Below, one piece after another: positions 26,937-38,112 of a stretch of DNA of 64,000 nt. Under the pieces are notes generated by a model, which searched no databases, was not told the origin of the DNA, and was given only the letters and a program-made list of their open reading frames with translations. The stretch's first letter is position 1, and each line of letters opens with the position of its first letter. Source of the stretch: Picochlorum sp. SENEW3 (lineage: Eukaryota); assembly GCA_034226945.1 (NCBI GenBank), contig CP120461.1, positions 682,001 to 746,000 on the forward strand. The letters run 5' to 3'. A program made the position numbers and the translations under genes.

Positions 26937-27725
26937 TTATTGTTGCCAACACTCTATTTGACGGGCTGGCACCGCAATATCACGCTGCATCCCTGGGAGA
27001 TTGCAGAGAGCCGCAGTCTGCACATCAAAGACATAATGGCAGCTCTTTGGTTCCCTCACATCAACAACAATCGGCTTCTTCGATGTACCACACCAATATC
27101 TCACTTCAACTTCTCTTTTCGCTCCCAATCTGTGTCCTACATCACACACATGTCCCTCGCCACAGACATCAGAGGCATAGTTGTGCTGCGATGCATCCCC
27201 CTCGTCGCCTTCTACTATCGTGGGTGCATCCAGCGTCTCTGGATATTTACCCAACAAAAACTCGCTTGTTACCTTACTTGTCTCTGTATCAGTATGAAAC
27301 TGACGAATGCCTTGTCTATAACAAATCTCATAGGTCCACCACCCATCAATTCGGTAAGCACACCACTCCCCAAGGGATTCTAACGCACTTCTAATCTGCT
27401 CTCCCGCATCTTCCGTCACATGAACTGCACCACTATCTGATTCTAAATATCTACCTCTACATCTATACACGGTGCCATTATGCAAGGTCATTCGTATGGT
27501 ATCCTCTCCCCCCTCTCCTCGTCTACCTGCTGGCAGAAAGCCTATCGAATACTTCACATCCATCTCTCGCTCCAGTGATACGCTATCCCCGCGCGTCTGA
27601 ACAAGATCTAAGATTCCACTCTTCACTTTTCGAAACGTCGCAGCGGCAAAGGTGCCGCTTCCGTTACATACAAGAGCAATCACCTGGCTCCAGCAGAAGA
27701 GGACTCGACTCAACCTCCATACCAT
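26937..27725 (-). CDS. OS9: OS-9-like ER lectin (MRH/PRKCSH domain)
   Basis: Signal peptide from ATG 27725; 'CAYRIDGWWTYEICY...IRQFH', 'GHVCD', 'REVEVRYWC', 'VREPKSCHYVFDVQT..LC'. Confidence 0.8.
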   Translation of the reverse strand: MVWRLSRVLFCWSQVIALVCNGSGTFAAATFRKVKSGILDLVQTRGDSVSLEREMDVKYSIGFLPAGRRGEGGEDTIRMTLHNGTVYRCRGRYLESDSGAVHVTEDAGEQIRSALESLGEWCAYRIDGWWTYEICYRQGIRQFHTDTETSKVTSEFLLGKYPETLDAPTIVEGDEGDASQHNYASDVCGEGHVCDVGHRLGAKREVEVRYWCGTSKKPIVVDVREPKSCHYVFDVQTAALCNLPGMQRDIAVPARQIECWQQ

Positions 27726-28041
27726 GTTGATGTATCGTATCACGCGTATTTTCAGATGGTATTTGCTTACATAGTTACTTTTATGTGTTTGAAATGGCCA
27801 TTCGTTGCCATCGATTTTTGAGTTTTGATCGGCCATTGCAGATCTTGAGATCTCTCTTTGACTCCCCACCACAAGAATTTGGGACCGACAATGTGGCATC
27901 CCTGAGCCATTAAATACAACACATTGTTTTTTAAGAGTGGAATTTTGCTGACAACGACAGAGATCATCGAGTTTTTGTCGTCCACCCAGTGTCATCACCT
28001 GATTTCTACCGTTCCCTCGAATCATTTGATAGATTGATCTG

Positions 28042-29402
28042 ATGATGAAGACAGTCCACTGTAGCACCAATTTAAGCAATGTAAGGCCATCTGGGCACAA
28101 TAGTATTCGCCTGAAGGCGCTGGAGGGCAGGGCCTTGGGTGCTGGTCGAGTGGTCGGAGGGACCACCGCTCGTGGGTTCCAATCAATGCCGGGACAAGGT
28201 ACGCAGTACAGTGCCCATGGTTTTGATCGTTGATGTTTCATGAATATCCAAGGGAATCTGGTCGATGAGGGCGGCACATGTGGGTCGTGCTGTGGGTGGG
28301 TTGGTGCCTCTGGTTGCTGACTTGTGGCTTTGCAGAATGTTCTAAATTTCGTCAATTTTTTCACACATCAGGTCGCATGAGGAGAAGTAGTGTGCATGTT
28401 ATGGCAGCAGAGAATAGCGCAGCTTCTGCCGGCGGTACCCCGGTTCCAAAGAATGCCATTCTTGTGGTTGGTGCCACTGGAACTCTTGGGCGCCAGGTGG
28501 TTCGACTTGCCTTGGACGAGGGGTATGAAGTGAGGTGTACTGTTCGCCCACGTCTGAACCCAGCTGACTTTTTGAGAGATTGGGGAGCGACAACAGTCCA
28601 GATGGATCTCACCGACCCAACATCCATCCCTGCTGCCTTGGTTGGTATCCACACCATTATTGACTGCAGTACAGCTCGTCCTGAGGAATCTGCTGATGTC
28701 GTCGATTGGGAAGGAAAGGTGGCCTTGATTCAGAGTGCTCAGGCAATGGGAATTCAGCGATACATCTTCTTCTCCATCTTGCACTGCGACAAGCACCCAG
28801 AGGTACCTCTCATGAACATCAAGAGGTGCACAGAAGAGTTTTTGGAGCAATCAGGAATGGATTACACAGTTTTCCGCCTCTGCGGATTCATGCAGGCTAT
28901 TATCGGTAATTATGCAGTACCAATATTAGAAGAGAAGCCGGTATGGGGAACCTCTGATACCACCCGTACAGCATACTTGGATACCCAAGACGTTGCCAAG
29001 ATGACCATGGCATCGCTCAGATCGCCAGAGGCCATTGGAAAGACACTTCCTCTCGCAGGGCCACGTGGGTACACGACAGAACAGGTTGTCCGCTTGTGTG
29101 AAACATTAGCCGACTGTGATGCCGAAGTTCGTGATGTACCTGTTTGGGTCCTGAAAGCAGCCCGCAACTTTTTGAGATCCTTCCAATGGGCAGGAGATGC
29201 TGCTGATAGACTGGCTTTTGCTGACTTGCTTTCCGCTGGTGAGGACTTTACTGCAGATATGACAGAAACCTACAGAGTCCTCGGAATGGATGAGAGCTCT
29301 GTCTCATCGTTAGAGGACTACTTGCAGGAATACTTTACCAGAATTTTGAAAAAGCTCAAGGAGGTGGGAGCCTCATCAAAACAGACAAACTTTTATGTAT
29401 AA
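28042..29402 (+). CDS. HCF244: HCF244/Ycf39 atypical SDR, PSII assembly factor
   Basis: Exon 1 (28042-28198) encodes a Ser/Thr/Arg-rich transit peptide; intron ends at 28371 (alternative in-frame acceptor 28335); 'ILVVGATGTLGRQVVR', 'FLRDWGA', 'VDWEGKVALIQ', 'AYLDTQDVAK'. Confidence 0.92.
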
Positions 29403-29483
29403 CATGTGGATTGATTGATTGATTAATTAACAAACTAGTTCGTATGCGATTCGCAATCGAAAATTAGAAACCTGCATTCCATA

Positions 29484-31197
29484 TCACAGCAGACGGTAGT
29501 CTGCATCACGAGGCATGTTGACACCGGGAATTGGAACAGTACTCTCGGTCTTTGGCACATGCCAACCCTCCTTCTCAAGTTTTTGCCGAAACAGAGTGGG
29601 ATACTTCCTCTCTTCTTCTGTCCTAGTATCTTCTATTCGCACAGGAGTGTCTGTTATTAAGAGCGGCTCTCTGAAATTCTCATTCAACCATGATGTCCGT
29701 TCAAGCCTGCCATCAATAATCCTGCGCAATGCATCAGCCCAAGTCCCCTCCCCCATACTCGACGTGATCTCATCCCGAATATCCTGGCACATGCGAGCAC
29801 GTTTGTAACCCTTCACGGTACTCAAGTCGATGTGTTTTGTTTCCTGTCCAGATGCAATACGACGGAGCCAGAGCTTGACATCTGCAACACCAACAACATC
29901 TGCAACCCTCTCCTCAATCGCTCGAGACAATCTGAGCAACGTCGCTTGAGCATCTGGTGCTCTTTTTCCAGAAGATAATGTCATTCGAAGGCATATGTTC
30001 TCATCCTCCAGATCGTGGGCATGAACCGACCAAAATGCTGGCACATACAGGACATCTCCAGGAGAGACAATCCCTCTAAACACTGATATATTCCCCACAC
30101 CGGGCCAATGATCTCGATCAAGTTTCTCTAACGATGCCATCGCATATGAATCGTATGGATGCGCTGTCGGATACGGATACAGCCCGCCAAGTGCATCAGA
30201 GGGTGCCACCATGGTCACTCGGCAACTCCCACACAGCTGTATGTACAGTTGATCCACGGTAGAATACCTGGTCGGCAACACACCATTCTTCACACCCGCC
30301 TCTAAAAATACCTGCCGTGCATTATAAAATCTTTGGGACGACAACAATCCATGCACCCACGACCAATCAATGACATGGCGCTGCACATGCTCTGCCACTC
30401 CCTCCAAAGCACCTTGTTGCATATGCTGGATGAAGGACTCATCACCGCTTCCCTCACCATTTTTTGCCGAGAAATAGCGCATAATAGGAACCTGTATTTG
30501 GCATCACATACACCTTTATCAGGCATTCCAAGCAACAGACAAATGCACGCACACAAACACACCGTCAGATGCAATTTCTGCTTCCTCCAGGACCTAGAGC
30601 ACTGCACAAACTCCTTCACAGGCATTTTGAGCACCTGCGTTTCGAACTCTCGCACATAATATGGACCTCGAGGGTCATTCTTCTCCCGATCAGGCTCGAT
30701 GAATCGATGCTTTTTCACGTCGCTACACAAGACATCAACCTCCCCTGTCCCAGCCAACACACCCAGAGTATCTAACGTCAATCCACCCACGTCCTTCACA
30801 GCCTGACTCTTTCGAATCAACACAGGGACCTTGTCCCACATACATCCCAGCGCTGCATACGCCTGCTGAGGAGAATCCAACGTATAATACTGTATCCAAC
30901 TATATGACAAGGCCCGATCCACCCGAGGACTCGGATACTCCATTTTCTCCCCATGTTGAATATCTCTGCACCATCAATACACATGGAGTATCAACAAAAA
31001 TACAGAAAAGAATGCCTATCCAGGACGTACATGTTTGAAAGCGCTGCAATGGTCGCAGGCCCTCTGCCCACATGCTCCTCAGCCTCGGAGCTCTTTGGAA
31101 CAATCACCTTCCCTTTCCCCTTTGTCGCCGTCACAACCCATGTAGATTCCGTGGTTGTATCACTATCGCGGTGCAATATAACCTCTCCAGATCTCAT
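29484..31197 (-). CDS. JmjC/cupin-like domain protein with degenerate metal site
   Basis: Introns 30966-31030 and 30492-30562 join three ORFs in frame; 'PVLIR', 'LYIQLCG', 'LYPYP..HP', 'VSPGDVLYVPAFWSVH'. Confidence 0.65.
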
Positions 31198-31474
31198 GGT
31201 AAGTGTTCGGTGTGTATTCGAATTTGGTCAACGCAGTTGTCAAAGAAGGATGATATCTTCACAGAAGAAGAAATACAATACTAAAATGGGGCATATATAT
31301 TAATTAATTACTTTCTCTGTGATAATAATAATAATGTGTCAACAACCAGGAGCCAGACGAGAATCTTCTTCTCCTGACGGGATCATCCAGCACACCTTTT
31401 GAATTCAAAGGAGATGGCATTGCGCAATGGATTGTATCGATCCATGATTGCCGTATCCACATAGGATTGTATTA

Positions 31475-31981
31475 TTACAGATTCGGTGTAGAAATATCAT
31501 TCGTAAGATTATATAACCCCAGCGCAGGCCCGATGAAACGGAAGCCCACCCAGGCTGCTGCCAGCAACACCAACCCTCCAATAGTCAGCTGGGTAGACCA
31601 GTACAGAATACCTCGCTCGCCCAAGTACAACTCGGTCGCCTTTTCAATCGGATCCATTTCATCCCATCCTTCTGGGAACAACGACCCCTTCTTCCATTCA
31701 GCTCGCCCACCTCGCCGTTCAGCACCAGGAGAGTTGCCCATCTCTTGCTGCTGAGCATTCTGCATCTTTCCGGATCTCAGTCGGGATTCAAACGCCTCTA
31801 CTCTCTCTTCTTCTGCAAGTGCACTACTATCGCTGGTATCACCGTCTTTTTCATCTGCAGCCCTTCGCATACGAGTATTCCTAGACAGTGTTCTTGTTGA
31901 ACGAGAAAGACCCACACAGCCAGAGACAGCATGCTGCTGTCCACGCAACGCCAAAGGGGGTTGTGCCTTTGTTACCAACAT
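31475..31981 (-). CDS. Conserved green-lineage plastid membrane protein, function unknown
   Basis: Transit-peptide-like N-terminus; 'ELYLGERGILYW...WVGFRFIGPALGLY' with one TM helix. Confidence 0.7.
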   Translation of the reverse strand: MLVTKAQPPLALRGQQHAVSGCVGLSRSTRTLSRNTRMRRAADEKDGDTSDSSALAEEERVEAFESRLRSGKMQNAQQQEMGNSPGAERRGGRAEWKKGSLFPEGWDEMDPIEKATELYLGERGILYWSTQLTIGGLVLLAAAWVGFRFIGPALGLYNLTNDISTPNL

Positions 31982-32247
31982 TTTTTTAAATTATTGTTCT
32001 AGTGTTCCATTATCCTGGGTATCTACGGAGCTGATCTACATTCTCAATCTTTTGGAATCATCGTCGTCTTGTTGAGATTGGTTCCCATCACACATGCCTG
32101 TTGATGGGTTGATACATATAAATAGCTATCTATTTCATATCGATTTAATAGCTTTATATAAGGAATACGGGTTTGGACGCATTGATACAGACGTCCAACC
32201 GTGACGACAGCGTTTGGAAAAGATATACTAAAATACCAGTAAAAATA

Positions 32248-33775
32248 ATGGTGGACACAGAGACGGCAAGGGAGATTGACTCGCTGAGGTGCGATGTGTC
32301 AGTTCAGGGAACGTTGTTGAATTATGCCAACAAGGTGGTGGAAACGGAGAAGAAAAAGGTCGCTGTGGTGGCACATGATTCAAAAATAGTTTTAAATTCT
32401 TTACTGGAGGATATACAGGAGGTGCGGGTTGTTGTAGGCTTTTCTTGGGGCGGTGTCGTTGGTTGGTTGGTTGGTTGTTGCGGTGTTTTGGCATTCATCT
32501 ACATTGACAGGGCTTGTGTCTTTTCTTTTCTGCGATGACTGCTGCTCTATGTCGTAAATATGTATGTGTTATGTTCAGACGAAACGTCGTGGGGCACGGG
32601 AGGAAGCCTGGCTGAGGTTTCTGGTGAGCAAGTATGAGGTTGCTCAGCATGGCATGGAGAGGGATAAGATGCATGATAATATCAAATATAATGCTGCCGT
32701 TGATAGTTTGAGTCAGCAGAAGGAATTGATAGGTCAGTTGATGCGATACATGGCTGCGGATAGGGAGGTGGGTAGGTGTATTGCAGGGCAGAATGCAGTC
32801 TTGTTGAAAGAGCTGCACCGGATGATGGACGTGGCTCGTTCCACGTGTGGTCGGTTGGGCAAGGCTCGGCACATGGTGGAAAGCTTGAAGAAGGAGCTGG
32901 GTATGAAGGATGATATGCTGCATCAGCTGCAGAATCAGATGATGCTAACGAGGACACAGTATGATGAGAGGATGCACCTGTTGGACTCTGATCTGCGGAG
33001 GGCCCAGTCTCGAGCGAATGAGCCGCATAGTGACACGACATTTTTGGATACTATGATGAAAGAGTGCGGTGTTTCCAGCAAGGATGAAGTTGTGAAGAGG
33101 GTGAAGGGGTATGAAGGGTTGGAGAAGGAGGTTGCTCAATTGAAAAAGGCGTGTCAGGAGCAAGAAAAGAAGAGGAAAGAGGCAGAAAAGACGGTAAAAG
33201 AGCAGAAGAAGGAGATCACGGCGAAATCAAAGCGCATCACATCGTTGGAGGAGTCTCTCAAGGCGCAGACGCAGATGACGCCGTCCGCACCAAAAGCAGT
33301 CACACATGCCATGCAGGCTGTTGGCAACCTTGTGGATCAGCTCGGGGCAAGTCCCATGAGTGGAGCGTCGAAGAGTTTCGCGGATACAGAGAGTATAGGT
33401 AGTAAGAACAAGAGAAGAAAGCGTCGAATCAGCAATACAGTGACAAAGAGGGATGGTGATGATGATGTGTCTCATTGGAATCCAGACTCCTCAGCTGCTC
33501 CGAGTGACAAGGAAAATGCACCTCAGATTCTACGAGATCCCAGCAAGGCCCTGTCCTTTGCTACGAGGGAGAATGATAACACCACAACAGAGAAGAATAA
33601 GATTACAAAGAAGGGTGTGGTGGCGTCGAGCGGGGTCTCTGCCGCTGCTGCTCCACAACCAAAGAGACGGTTGCTGTCCGTCACAACCCACCATCAGAAT
33701 AAGAACAATACCGGTGCCCTGCCGAGATTAAAGCCAGGCAGCGGATTCTCGATTCCAAAGCTTTCTCAGAAATAA
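32248..33775 (+). CDS. Coiled-coil protein of unknown function
   Basis: Intron 32422-32578 gives an in-frame join; heptad-rich centre, basic disordered C-terminus with 'NKRRKRR' and a KEN motif. Confidence 0.6.
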
Positions 33776-33818
33776 TCAAATAGCATAATAAATATTATTC
33801 ATTGGTAGTATAGAGACA

Positions 33819-34799
33819 ATGGTAGTCCTCCAAGCAGTCACGAGGCATGTGTGCCCGTCTCTGTGCTCCACACCGCACCTGCCCCGTTCTCGCAATGTAC
33901 TACACCATCCTACTAGAAATATTCAAGTCAAATCACGTGAGAGCGATAAAGAGCTTTCTATGGAGGAAATTTTGGAAGAGTGCGACGACATTGAGGCAGA
34001 AATTAATGTGGCGGATTTCGACAATGTCTCCGTGCATCTGACGGAAGAACAGGATGATGAGTACGTTTGATTATATATGGGCCCATATATCATGCATGCT
34101 GACATGTCTCATGTGTGTAGAGTGTTGGAGTGGGCTGGGTACATGCAGAAGGACTTGGAACAGGAACCTCCTTCCTCGGCTAGCAGCGTCGGTGTCCCGG
34201 AAGCGCAGGATGTGGAAGAAAAGGTAATTTTCAGAGACAATATCGCTGGGAGTAGTTCAAATCCTGTCGTACAGGAGTCCTCAGCTGCCAGGTTTTTCGA
34301 TGGAGACAGTCTCCCCCTCACCCCAGACAGAGGCAATGTCTCAGAGTGGGATCTGCGTGCTTCCATGGAAACAAAACGGTGGTTTGAACGTGACTATGAG
34401 CAATGGCAGAAGCATAATGAAGAGACTGTGGGGAGCTACCCGTTCGTTGCGTCGGACTGGAGGACGGACCTTAGGATACAAGAGTCCTTGGATCCTGCAG
34501 AAGTAGACTACAAAGAATGGACTATGAAGGAAATCTGGGACCTCATCACGCAGAACGGCGAGGCCGCCGATCCACGAGATATTCCATTTGAGGTTAGAAG
34601 GCCTGGATCGCGGACAAATTTTGTAGCTGAAGGGTACGTGCACCATCCCGGTGTTCCAGAATGGTTGGAGGCCCAGGGGAAACTGATGCACGAACAGGAT
34701 GCCAAGGATATTGTGGATGACGAGGCCGAGGCAGCTCTGCTCACCTCTGAATTTTCTGATTTCGACAATGATTTTGATTTTTCTAATGAAGATGATTAA
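33819..34799 (+). CDS. Acidic protein of unknown function, probably organelle-targeted
   Basis: Intron 34061-34120 joins the 83-aa and 240-aa ORFs in frame; transit-peptide-like N-terminus. Confidence 0.6.
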
Positions 34800-35206
34800 C
34801 AAATATGTTTGACCAGCGCTGCGAATATCTGTTGCTTCATGCTCTCTGTGACCGAGGCATCCTGTGGTGGAATGTTGTACGAAGCCACAACAGAGGTGCC
34901 ACTCTTTCGACACAACATGTCCGACAGCCGTTTCGAATCCGCATTCATCTCACGACTCGATAATACGATTGTCGATGCCGGAGGCGTTGTCTGCAGAATT
35001 TGTGATACCTTGTCGTCAGTCAAACATCGTCAATCTGCTGAGAAGAAACACACCTCTTCTTCTTGCCCTATGCCAGGCACAGCCACACTCATGGAATCCA
35101 ATGATCCCATGCCTACATACACATATGTCTGCTTCTCTAATTCCAAGATCTGAACGAATACCCTCACCGTGCCCTCTTCAAATTCGAGAGTCAGTGTTTG
35201 AATCAT
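34796..35206 (-). CDS. PSMG4: Proteasome assembly chaperone 4-like
   Basis: Intron 34991-35053; 'VFVQILELEKQTYVYVG...SLDSMSVAVP', 'SKRLSDMLCRKSGTSVVASYNIP'. Confidence 0.72.
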
Positions 35207-35470
35207 GTTGAGACGTTTCAAAGAAACAGAGCCTGGGTTCAGTTTGCCAGTCCTCTTTCGATCGAAATGCAATGCCCCTCCTTCTTCTCAGTATTTATTA
35301 TTTACTGTAGTATTCATGTGAAAAAAGACTCTCCGTATCCATTTGCGCCACCCGGACTTTTAGAAAAGTTTTCTTCGTCTTGCCAGAATACTGTCGTATG
35401 TACGTACTATATCAACGGATAATAAATAATATATACCGGTATGTATATAAATAATATAGATCTCATCGGC

Positions 35471-37276
35471 TCAATTGGTAGAAGACGTGACATATTCAAA
35501 CCATCTGTCTGTGCCAAAGTATGATCTGGCAGTTGAGAGTTTTGGAGACAGCAGCTCCCATTGTTCCTCTAGATACTGCGGGTTCAAGTCTTCCCACTGA
35601 TTCACGATGAGTATTGGAAATCCCTGCCGAGCAAGATCATGATAGGCTGATACGTTTTGAGCGATTGGAATGGTCAAAACCAGTAATGCCTCAACAAATT
35701 TTGGACTTTGAATGCCATTTCCTGAGGGACACAGCATGAATTTGTAATGCCTTAGTTCGTTCCACCAATGACGAGGTTCTACAGAGGTTTTGCTGATCCA
35801 TGGTGTGTTGTCAACAAATGATTGGGCTTCCACCCTTGACGGTAACCAATCGAGGCCAGGCTGGATTTTTCCCCATGAAGCGATCAAGAGATTTGGCTTA
35901 TCTTGTATGGATGCTCTGATGATTGCTTCTCGTATATTCTTTTCATTATGCTTCTGTGTGTAGTGAGGCAGCAGACCCATTGGAAAGGTATCGATGGTCT
36001 CATGCGGTATATCCTTGGCCTCATACTTGACGGTGTCAAAATATTCAACAAGTTTGGTCAAGTTGGTTGTGTGCATCAGTTTTGAAAGATTGGTGTCTTC
36101 ACCACCTATCAAAAGAGTGCTTCCGTGGAAATCATGAATGGTATCTAATTCCTGTATGAGCAAGTTTACGCTGACTGCTTTGGCCTCACAAAAGACATGC
36201 TTGGGAGTTGCAGTTCTCTTCCTCACACCTCTTTCCTGTTGTATAGGCCCCCTGCTATAAACGAGCCAATCAAAGATAGAGAGTGCCAGAGGAAATCTGT
36301 TGATTCGAACCCTCGTGTGGGCAATGGCATCCACAATGGAATGTGATGAACTCACCATGCGATGAACCGCCCAGGTGGATTTCCATTCAGCCGATGTGAT
36401 GTACCCATACCGACGTGCCTCCTCGTATACCTTTTCTGCCATGGATTCATCCAAAGACAAGAGCTTTAACCATGTCACTCGACCAGCATGACCACTATCC
36501 TTGGGCGATGGATGAGGATCCCTTGGCCTGTGTGGCAAATTCAGTGCCATCGTCAAATCATCTATTGATACATCCTCGGAGTGTATCAACGTTGCATTTG
36601 GAAAATTCATTCGAACTATCGCATTCCAGCGATAGTAGTATTCCATTCCCAACCGGATTCTATCATCAAGGGACCCAAGTCTATCATGCACGACCATCCT
36701 CTCCTCCCCAGACGTGGCAGTTGCAGAAACAAACTCCCATGACATGCGATCTCTTTTGATACCAGGCCCTCTGAGCACGCCCTTCCCACAGAAACACCGA
36801 GACACACTGCTGATCACATCCAATGGGTTGCGGACGAGGTGAACAACCGGGCCAAACGGTTGGAGACCCCCTTTCAAAAACCGTGTCCGCAGTGCCTTTG
36901 ATTGCTCAGATTCGAACGGAATATTCGATTGATTATAGGCCCCATATAGCCATGATACAGACACATGACCAGTTTCCATTTCCTCGTGCAATGCAGGAAT
37001 GCCGTGGGCCTCGAGAAGCTCTTTCACAAACATGGTTCCTGAAGGTCCACAACCAGTGACAAGAGGAACTTGTTCGTGCCTCGGCTTGTTCACATCGTCC
37101 TGAGATTGTCTATCAAGAGCGATTCTCGTATTTGTAATGATGGATGTGTCCCTGGACAGTGCGATTAGACCGGGAAACACGAGGAGCACACAAAGCAATA
37201 CCACAAAGAGAAGGCGTTGACCCCCGTCAAAGCATTTGCTTCTAGGCCTCGAGAAGAACCCTCCGCAGACCACCAT
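35471..37276 (-). CDS. Type II membrane protein with sulfotransferase-like and exostosin/GT47-like domains
   Basis: Intronless; N-terminal signal anchor; 'LVTGCGPSGT' and 'VVHLVRNPLDVISS' (PAPS-binding-like); C-terminal 'YKFMLCPSGNGIQSPKFVEALLVLTIPI...FPILIVNQWEDL'. Confidence 0.65.
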   Translation of the reverse strand: MVVCGGFFSRPRSKCFDGGQRLLFVVLLCVLLVFPGLIALSRDTSIITNTRIALDRQSQDDVNKPRHEQVPLVTGCGPSGTMFVKELLEAHGIPALHEEMETGHVSVSWLYGAYNQSNIPFESEQSKALRTRFLKGGLQPFGPVVHLVRNPLDVISSVSRCFCGKGVLRGPGIKRDRMSWEFVSATATSGEERMVVHDRLGSLDDRIRLGMEYYYRWNAIVRMNFPNATLIHSEDVSIDDLTMALNLPHRPRDPHPSPKDSGHAGRVTWLKLLSLDESMAEKVYEEARRYGYITSAEWKSTWAVHRMVSSSHSIVDAIAHTRVRINRFPLALSIFDWLVYSRGPIQQERGVRKRTATPKHVFCEAKAVSVNLLIQELDTIHDFHGSTLLIGGEDTNLSKLMHTTNLTKLVEYFDTVKYEAKDIPHETIDTFPMGLLPHYTQKHNEKNIREAIIRASIQDKPNLLIASWGKIQPGLDWLPSRVEAQSFVDNTPWISKTSVEPRHWWNELRHYKFMLCPSGNGIQSPKFVEALLVLTIPIAQNVSAYHDLARQGFPILIVNQWEDLNPQYLEEQWELLSPKLSTARSYFGTDRWFEYVTSSTN

Positions 37277-37582
37277 ATTCACAACTCAAGACTAAAATGC
37301 GAATCATCATCATGTATACATTTAACGACTGCAGCGTTTCGTAAGCCGTCAGGGACATATTTATTTTGTTATCGTGGCCAGGCCATCGTGGCCATGGCCT
37401 TTTTCTTTTTATACTATATAAGGAGCAGGCCGCGGTGTCGATCAGCCAACAATAATTGGCAGCATACTGATGTTGCATCAAAAGTAATTTTTGTAAAATC
37501 ATACATACAAAAAAGACAGTATTGGGTGACAACATCGACGTAGGGTGTTAATTTGTGAATCTCTTTTTCCACGGACGAACGA

Positions 37583-37852
37583 ATGAGAGTCTCTTTGTCT
37601 ACTAAAGTTTTGCTTTTGTACGTGCTGCTCTTTGTGCAGCACTGTATGGGAGATGATTGCCCTTTCACGTGCTCGGCGGACAGTGACTGTCAGGGGGTAG
37701 CGGAGAATGTGGGGGCATCTCAGACATGCCAGGACGGATGCTGCGTCCCTTCTCCAGATGATTTTGACATGGAAGGAGATGCTACATCTGCTGCAACAGC
37801 AAGGCTGACTGTTGCTTTGCTGATGCTCCTTTGTGCTTTTGTTGCTGTTTGA
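37583..37852 (+). CDS. Small secreted Cys-rich peptide, probable GPI anchor
   Basis: 89 aa: signal peptide, six-Cys core, acidic spacer, small residues, hydrophobic C-terminal tail; TGTAA at about 37915. Confidence 0.65.
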   Translation: MRVSLSTKVLLLYVLLFVQHCMGDDCPFTCSADSDCQGVAENVGASQTCQDGCCVPSPDDFDMEGDATSAATARLTVALLMLLCAFVAV

Positions 37853-38112
37853 AAACAGAGTTTTCCCGCTCTCTTTTTCCAGTGAGAATGAAAAGAAAAC
37901 ACACTTGTGTATCATGTAATATCACGACATACCTAGCAGCATATGCAATATTGATTAATGTCCTTCACCAACTCTCAGCCCCTGTAGCCTAGGCAGATTC
38001 ATCTCTCAGGATCCAGACTGTTCGCATTCAAGGAAGATTTCTGCGAATATACCCATTCATAAATACATAAAAGACTATTTTTACTAATATAGTACACGCG
38101 TATGCAGCCCAA

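Noticed and set aside
28038..28115. Possible box C/D snoRNA (TGATGA...CTGA)
   Set aside because: TGATGATGA contains the HCF244 start codon, and I found no rRNA-complementary guide
27726..28364. 213-aa N-terminal extension of the OS-9 ORF in the track
   Set aside because: Runs antisense through HCF244 exon 1 and its intron; a signal peptide begins at ATG 27725
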